A stretch of 62,914 nt of DNA, the filler included. It is 5 parts of 5 records of this genome, joined end to end, with 100 filler letters (N's around TTAATTAATTAA, not from the genome) between each part and the next. Parts side by side here need not be neighbours in the genome. Positions count along the whole stretch, not along the records: positions 55,962 to 62,914 come from SRR31156797_4333; 4 more parts are not named here. The stretch is one strand, 5' to 3'. Below, piece by piece: positions 57,875-62,914 of the stretch. Below the pieces are notes generated by a model. That model had not been told where the DNA came from. It saw only the letters and a list, made by a program, of their open reading frames with translations, and searched no databases. Position numbers and translations under genes: made by a program. Each line of letters starts with the position of its first letter. The first letter of the stretch is position 1.

Positions 57875-59968
57875 ATGAGGAACAGATTCAGATCTTTACT
57901 TATTATGTTATTCGCACCGGGCCTGTTATGGCTGGCCATGGTCCCCCCCGCCAATGCTCAGCCGGAGGAAAACCCTGCGGATGACTACCATCTTCAATCC
58001 GTAACCGTCACCGCACAGAAGCGGGTAGAAAATCTGCAGGATGCGGCGATCAGCATGGATGCATTTTCCGGCATGCAGATTGAAGATGCGCATATCTGCG
58101 AACTGGCCGAACTGACCCAATACAGTCCCAATTTATTTTCAACCCCCAGCCTGGACAACAAGTCCATCGTCATCAGGGGCATCTCGACAATGAATACAGC
58201 CCTGAGCCCTGCGGCGGGCCTTTTTGTCAATGATATCAGCTATCCCCTCAACCGCATGCAGAATCCGGAGTTGGTCGACATTGAACGGATCGAGATTCTC
58301 AGGGGGCCCCAGGGAACGCTATACGGAAAAAACACCGAATCCGGCGCCATCAATATCGTGACAAAACAGCCGGACAACCAATTCCGGGGAAGGGTATTCG
58401 GAGAATATGGCGTTTTTGATGCCCCCCATGACAATGTGCCGGTATACAGAGCCGGCGGCAGCATCAGCGGACCGGTTCAAACGGACACGCTGTTCATGGG
58501 GGTGGCTTTTCAAGTCAAGGATTCCGACGGTTACATGGTGAATCTGTTTAACGGAAACGAAAAGGCTGCTGAGACAGATCATAAAAACGGCCAGTTCACC
58601 CTCAGATGGACGCCCGCTGAAAAATGGGACATCTCTTTTATCTCAAACCTTTCAAAAAACAACGACGGTTTAGGGTATTTAAGATATGACAACGGCACAG
58701 GCCGGTCCGAGCCTTATGAAATCAACTGGAACGGCGGCAATGACTGGAAAGAAGAAAACAACGGCCAGGTCATTCGCGCTAAATACAAAGGTGAAGCTTT
58801 TGATGTTCTTTCCATCACCAGTCGAAGCGATTACAGAACCGAAATCACAAACGACGCCGACTTCGGGCCGTTTGACTATGGGAACCAGGATTTCGTATTC
58901 GATAATCGCACCCTGAGCCAGGAGATACGATTTTCATCTCCTGACAACACGAAAAACTTCAAGTGGGTTTGCGGCCTGTTTGGTTCCAGGGACAAGACGG
59001 AGGCGACATCCGAAACTCCGGCTTACTTTGCGGTTCGAAACACGGATTTTGAAACTGACAATATAGCGGCCTTTGGACAAGGCACCTATACCTTTTTTGA
59101 CCGGCTCCATCTCACCGCCGGAATGCGCTACGAGCACCAGAAATCCGAAGGGGACCAGTACAACAAGTTCGAAGCGGTGTCCCGCTATTCGGTGTCCGAA
59201 ACCAACCATGAATTCCTATCCAAGGGAACGGTTGCCTTTGACATTTCAGACGGGATCATGACCTATTTCACAGCATCCAAAGGATTTCTATCCGGCGGAT
59301 ATAACTTCCACATGGCCAACAGTGCGGAAGACCTGGCATTTGACCCTGAACATGTCATCAATTACGAAGTGGGATTTAAAACGGCTTTTTTTGATAACAG
59401 GCTCATCATCAATGCCGCCGCTTTTCATCTCGACATCAAAGACAAACAGGTGATTGAATGGCCGGTCGGCCATTCTCCCATGGCACGGGAAGTGACCAAC
59501 GCCGCGGAGGCCTCTTCGGACGGCTTTGAACTGGAGATCAAAGCGCGCCCAGTGCGGGGACTGGATCTCTTTGCCGGTCTCGGTTATACAACATCCAGAT
59601 TTGACGACTGGGTGGCAACCCTGTCGACAGGCGGCACATTTGACTACAAGAATAACTATTTACCCTATGTGCCAAGATATACCTATAATGCCGGTATCCA
59701 GTACAGGTATGACCGGGGGCTTTTCATGCGGGCCGATGTTCTCGGAACGGGACGATTTTATACGGACGCGGAAAACACCCAGAAAGTTGACGGGTATGAA
59801 ACGGTCAACATGAAGCTCGGGTTTGAACGGGAGCATTACGACATCATCCTGTGGTGCAAAAATATCTTCAACAAAGAATACATCACAAGCAAAGTCAATT
59901 ATTTCGGTTCCCTTGTGAATGACGGCGATCCCCGAAGTTGTGGCGTAACATTGACTTACAGGTTTTGA
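57875..59968 (+). CDS. TonB-dependent receptor, FyuA-like
   Basis: VTVTAQKR, IERIEILRGPQGTLYGKN, NYEVGFK, terminal YRF; signal peptide. Confidence 0.94.
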   Translation: MRNRFRSLLIMLFAPGLLWLAMVPPANAQPEENPADDYHLQSVTVTAQKRVENLQDAAISMDAFSGMQIEDAHICELAELTQYSPNLFSTPSLDNKSIVIRGISTMNTALSPAAGLFVNDISYPLNRMQNPELVDIERIEILRGPQGTLYGKNTESGAINIVTKQPDNQFRGRVFGEYGVFDAPHDNVPVYRAGGSISGPVQTDTLFMGVAFQVKDSDGYMVNLFNGNEKAAETDHKNGQFTLRWTPAEKWDISFISNLSKNNDGLGYLRYDNGTGRSEPYEINWNGGNDWKEENNGQVIRAKYKGEAFDVLSITSRSDYRTEITNDADFGPFDYGNQDFVFDNRTLSQEIRFSSPDNTKNFKWVCGLFGSRDKTEATSETPAYFAVRNTDFETDNIAAFGQGTYTFFDRLHLTAGMRYEHQKSEGDQYNKFEAVSRYSVSETNHEFLSKGTVAFDISDGIMTYFTASKGFLSGGYNFHMANSAEDLAFDPEHVINYEVGFKTAFFDNRLIINAAAFHLDIKDKQVIEWPVGHSPMAREVTNAAEASSDGFELEIKARPVRGLDLFAGLGYTTSRFDDWVATLSTGGTFDYKNNYLPYVPRYTYNAGIQYRYDRGLFMRADVLGTGRFYTDAENTQKVDGYETVNMKLGFEREHYDIILWCKNIFNKEYITSKVNYFGSLVNDGDPRSCGVTLTYRF

Positions 59969-60028
59969 TACGGCCTGACAATGGCATTCATCAGCTGCCT
60001 TTACCCACTGTAAAAAAAAGGAGAAACC

Positions 60029-60910
60029 ATGAAGACTTTAGTAAAAACCGTAATTGCCATGCTGTTAACCGTCACAAGCGCACAGGCACATTCCCTGTGG
60101 ATCAATTCTTTCGAATCCTTTGCCCATGCCCCCGGCCATACGACCGTTTCAATCGGGTGGGGGCACACCCTGCCGATCGATGACATGACAAACGCCGCCG
60201 GTGCGAGAATTGCCATTGAAGCATTCAATGTGACGGGTCCGAACGGGCAAAAGGTCGCCCTTTCCAGACCGGAATTCAATGTGGCTGCGCCATCGGTCAC
60301 AAACAGGAATTTTGATGTATACCCAGCGGACCTGGCCTCCCAAAAAATCACCCTCAAAGAAAATACGGAACAGGGTGTTTATCAGATTGAAGCGTTTTCA
60401 AAACCCACTTTTTATACAAGATACATAGACAAAAACGGCAAGACAAGATTGAAGCTGAAAGCCAAAGACGAAATCAAGGGTATCAAGCAAGTCCTGTTCT
60501 CGTCACGCTACCAGGCATTTGCCAAATCCTATCTAACCGTGGGCAAGTGGACAGAACAGGCACCTGTCGGGCATGGACTTGAAATCACGCCCCGGACGGA
60601 TCTGTCAAACGTAAAGGTCGGCGACCTGGTGGAATTTGACGTCAGGTTTCATGGGAAGCCTTTGACCAAAAGCCCCAACAGTATCGAACATATCACGGCC
60701 TATAGCAGTTCTTTCGGGCTGAGTGATGAATTCGCCTTATTTTCCTATATCACAAACGGAAAAGCCCAGTTCAGAGTGCAAAGTTCCGGTCAATGGCTGG
60801 TAAATGTTTTTCACCATGACACGGTCACAAAAGACGATGCATTAAAAGAGATGTACGGCAAGGTCGATACGGTTAATTATGGGGCGAGCCTGACGTTCCA
60901 TGTCAGGTAA
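60029..60910 (+). CDS. DUF4198 periplasmic protein
   Basis: AQA|HSLWI mature N-terminal His, GWGH, FAKSY, LEITP, GQWLV. Confidence 0.82.
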   Translation: MKTLVKTVIAMLLTVTSAQAHSLWINSFESFAHAPGHTTVSIGWGHTLPIDDMTNAAGARIAIEAFNVTGPNGQKVALSRPEFNVAAPSVTNRNFDVYPADLASQKITLKENTEQGVYQIEAFSKPTFYTRYIDKNGKTRLKLKAKDEIKGIKQVLFSSRYQAFAKSYLTVGKWTEQAPVGHGLEITPRTDLSNVKVGDLVEFDVRFHGKPLTKSPNSIEHITAYSSSFGLSDEFALFSYITNGKAQFRVQSSGQWLVNVFHHDTVTKDDALKEMYGKVDTVNYGASLTFHVR

Positions 60911-60922
60911 ATCCATCTTTGC

Positions 60923-60956
60923 CCCCTATTGGGAAGGAGAGCCTTCCCAATAGGGG
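60923..60956. terminator. 15-bp perfect hairpin between convergent genes
   Basis: CCCCTATTGGGAAGG-AGAG-CCTTCCCAATAGGGG. Confidence 0.7.
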
Positions 60957-60975
60957 ATATTCCGATACAGGATGG

Positions 60976-62262
60976 TTATATGCCATTTTTGTACAGGATT
61001 CTCATCCGGGCACCCTGGCCGGGCGGGCTGGCGATATCGATTTGCCAGCCGAACCGGGTGCAGAGCCGTTCCACGATGTTGAGGCCCAGGCCGAACCCCG
61101 AGCTCTCCTCGCCCTTGACATGGGCCTTTGTCACGGTTTCGATCCGGCCGTCATCGATGCCCGTGCCCGTGTCCGACACCTCGAGGAAACCGGGATCGAC
61201 AATGATGGTCACCTTGCCTTGCCGGGTGTACGAAAAGGCGTTCTTGATCAGGTTGCTGACCACGATATAGAGGATCTCCTCCTTGACCCCAAGGGTCACC
61301 GTGTCATCCACCTGAAGTTCGATCTCCACCGGTTTTCCCTGGAGGATGTGGCGGTTGCCGTCAACGGCCCGGTGAACCACCTCGCCCACCCGGCAGTACC
61401 CCGTGGGGTCCACATCTTCCCTGGCCAACCACAGAAAGGTCTCGATGGTGTTCTCCATTTGAAAGACGGACCGCTGTATCCGGGCCAGGGGCCGTTTGAT
61501 GAGGCCGTTGGTTTCCGCTTCCGGCTGCGCCGCCATGATCTCCACCGCCCCCTTTACAATGGTCAGGGGGGTGCGAAGTTCGTGGCTTGCGTCCCGGGTG
61601 AACGCTTTTTCCCGGTCGATGAACCGCCGGATCCGGGCCATGGTCTGTTCCAGGGTGGTGGTGAGGACCCCGATCTCGTTGGCGTAGGTTTTGTCCGACA
61701 GGTTGGCGGGCAGGTCCTCGGGGTTTAATGCCCGGATCTTTTCCATGAGCCGGACCATGGGCCTAAGGATGGCCCGGGAGGTGAACAGCCCGAGGAAAAG
61801 GCCCGGGATAAGAAGGACGGCAAGGGAGATCATCATCATCTGATGGGGCCGTATGGGATCGTTTTCCTCCATGAACTGCCTGCCGTGGAAGACCATGTAA
61901 TAGCGTTCCACCGTGTCCGGCAGTTCCATCACGGCAATGTGAACCGGACGTTTTTTGCCGGATTTGTGAAAGACATGGATCCCTTCGCCAAAATCCCTGA
62001 CCCGGTCCCTGAAACGTTCGGGCACCTGCTCGATGCCCTTGAACACCTGCATATATTTGGAATGGGGAAGGGGCGTGGCCCTGTCCTGGGTGTAGCGGTA
62101 CTCAAAATACTCCGCCTCGGTGGCAAGCAGGTTTTTAATCAGGCCGGACATGCCCTTGCCCATGACAAAAAAGATGACACTGGAATTGAGCATGATCAGC
62201 AGAAACCCGAACAGCAGGATGGTGGCAATGATCCTGAACCGGATGCTGTGGAGAAATCTCAT
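60976..62262 (-). CDS. Sensor histidine kinase
   Basis: Two TM segments, HAMP, FTRDASHELRTPL, NLIKNAF, DTGTG, GFGLGL. Start 62262 overlaps the regulator stop (ATGA). Confidence 0.9.
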   Translation of the reverse strand: MRFLHSIRFRIIATILLFGFLLIMLNSSVIFFVMGKGMSGLIKNLLATEAEYFEYRYTQDRATPLPHSKYMQVFKGIEQVPERFRDRVRDFGEGIHVFHKSGKKRPVHIAVMELPDTVERYYMVFHGRQFMEENDPIRPHQMMMISLAVLLIPGLFLGLFTSRAILRPMVRLMEKIRALNPEDLPANLSDKTYANEIGVLTTTLEQTMARIRRFIDREKAFTRDASHELRTPLTIVKGAVEIMAAQPEAETNGLIKRPLARIQRSVFQMENTIETFLWLAREDVDPTGYCRVGEVVHRAVDGNRHILQGKPVEIELQVDDTVTLGVKEEILYIVVSNLIKNAFSYTRQGKVTIIVDPGFLEVSDTGTGIDDGRIETVTKAHVKGEESSGFGLGLNIVERLCTRFGWQIDIASPPGQGARMRILYKNGI

Positions 62263-62914
62263 GACGGCTCCCTCAGCCGGAACCCTTTCCCGTGGACCGT
62301 CTCCACGAGATGGGTGCCGAATGGCTTGTCGATCTTCTTTCGCAGGGTGTACATATGGCTTCGCAGGGCATCGCTGCCAGGGGGCGTGTCCCCCCACAGC
62401 TCATGCTCCAGGCGGCTGCGTGTCACAAGGTCCGGGGAGGCCTCCATGAGTACCTTGAGAATGGAGGTGCAGATGTTGTTGAGCTCGATGGCGGTGGTTC
62501 CCCGCTTCACCTCCAGGGTGCCAAGGTCCAGGACCAGGTCCGATACCCGGAGGGTGCGCGGGCTCCGGGTTCTGCGGCCGGACAGGGCCCGTATCCGTGC
62601 TTCCAGCTCCTGGAGGGCAAAGGGCTTGACCAGGTAATCGTCGGCCCCGGAATCAAAGCCCGAAAGCTTGTCCTCCAGGGTATCCCGGGCCGTGAGCATG
62701 AGCACCGGGGTGTCGTTCCGGGCCTCCTGCCGCAGCTTTTTACACAGGGTGATACCGTCCATTCCCGGCAGCATGATATCCAGGACAATCACGTCATACT
62801 CGTTGGTGATGGCGAGATGCAGCCCGCCGATGCCGTCCATGGCAAAATCGAGCTCCAGCCCCTTTGCCTCCAGAAAATCGGTGATGTTATCCACGATATC
62901 GTGGTTGTCCTCAA
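62259..62914 (-). CDS. OmpR-family response regulator (5' end outside window)
   Basis: Frame is open to the window edge (EDNHDIVDNI); LDIMLP, GADDYLVKPF, ETVHGKGF. Confidence 0.92.
   Translation of the reverse strand, partial: EDNHDIVDNITDFLEAKGLELDFAMDGIGGLHLAITNEYDVIVLDIMLPGMDGITLCKKLRQEARNDTPVLMLTARDTLEDKLSGFDSGADDYLVKPFALQELEARIRALSGRRTRSPRTLRVSDLVLDLGTLEVKRGTTAIELNNICTSILKVLMEASPDLVTRSRLEHELWGDTPPGSDALRSHMYTLRKKIDKPFGTHLVETVHGKGFRLREPS

Noticed and set aside
60919..62637. Plus-strand ORFs of 269 and 264 aa
   Set aside because: Antisense shadows of the kinase and regulator genes.

Overview
This window is not one locus. It is five unrelated contigs joined by four artificial 100-bp spacers (44 N + TTAATTAATTAA + 44 N) at 31448-31547, 38891-38990, 49116-49215 and 55862-55961, so no synteny should be read across those points. 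Taxon labels are inferred from composition, promoter style and gene content. (1) 1-31447, AT-rich Bacteroidota-like: partial araA, an NrtR/AraR-type regulator with two 21-bp operators, a DUF5107-TPR/GH2/sugar porter/AraC module, sensor kinases, a TonB-dependent receptor, a PL11 lyase, and an unusual cytochrome b - Rieske - octaheme cytochrome c/TPR operon. (2) 31548-38890, very AT-rich Arcobacteraceae-like: 3' end of soxB plus sox accessory genes. (3) 38991-49115, GC-rich Desulfobacterales-like: a tRNA 3' end, a long-type rsgA behind a ~420-nt structured leader with a uORF, LysE/LysR, a CusRS-like pair, gtrA-gtrB-arnT-like genes and menA. (4) 49216-55861, spirochaete-like: an LpoB-like/COG3014/LPP20 lipoprotein trio, hom and partial glgP. 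(5) 55962-62914, Desulfobacterales-like: AraC - TonB receptor - DUF4198 and an OmpR-type pair. No CRISPR array, rRNA, transposase, integrase or phage gene was seen. The best candidates for undescribed biology are the Rieske/cytb-octaheme operon, the rsgA leader and the DUF5107-TPR sugar module. All family calls come from motif recognition by eye; no searches were run.
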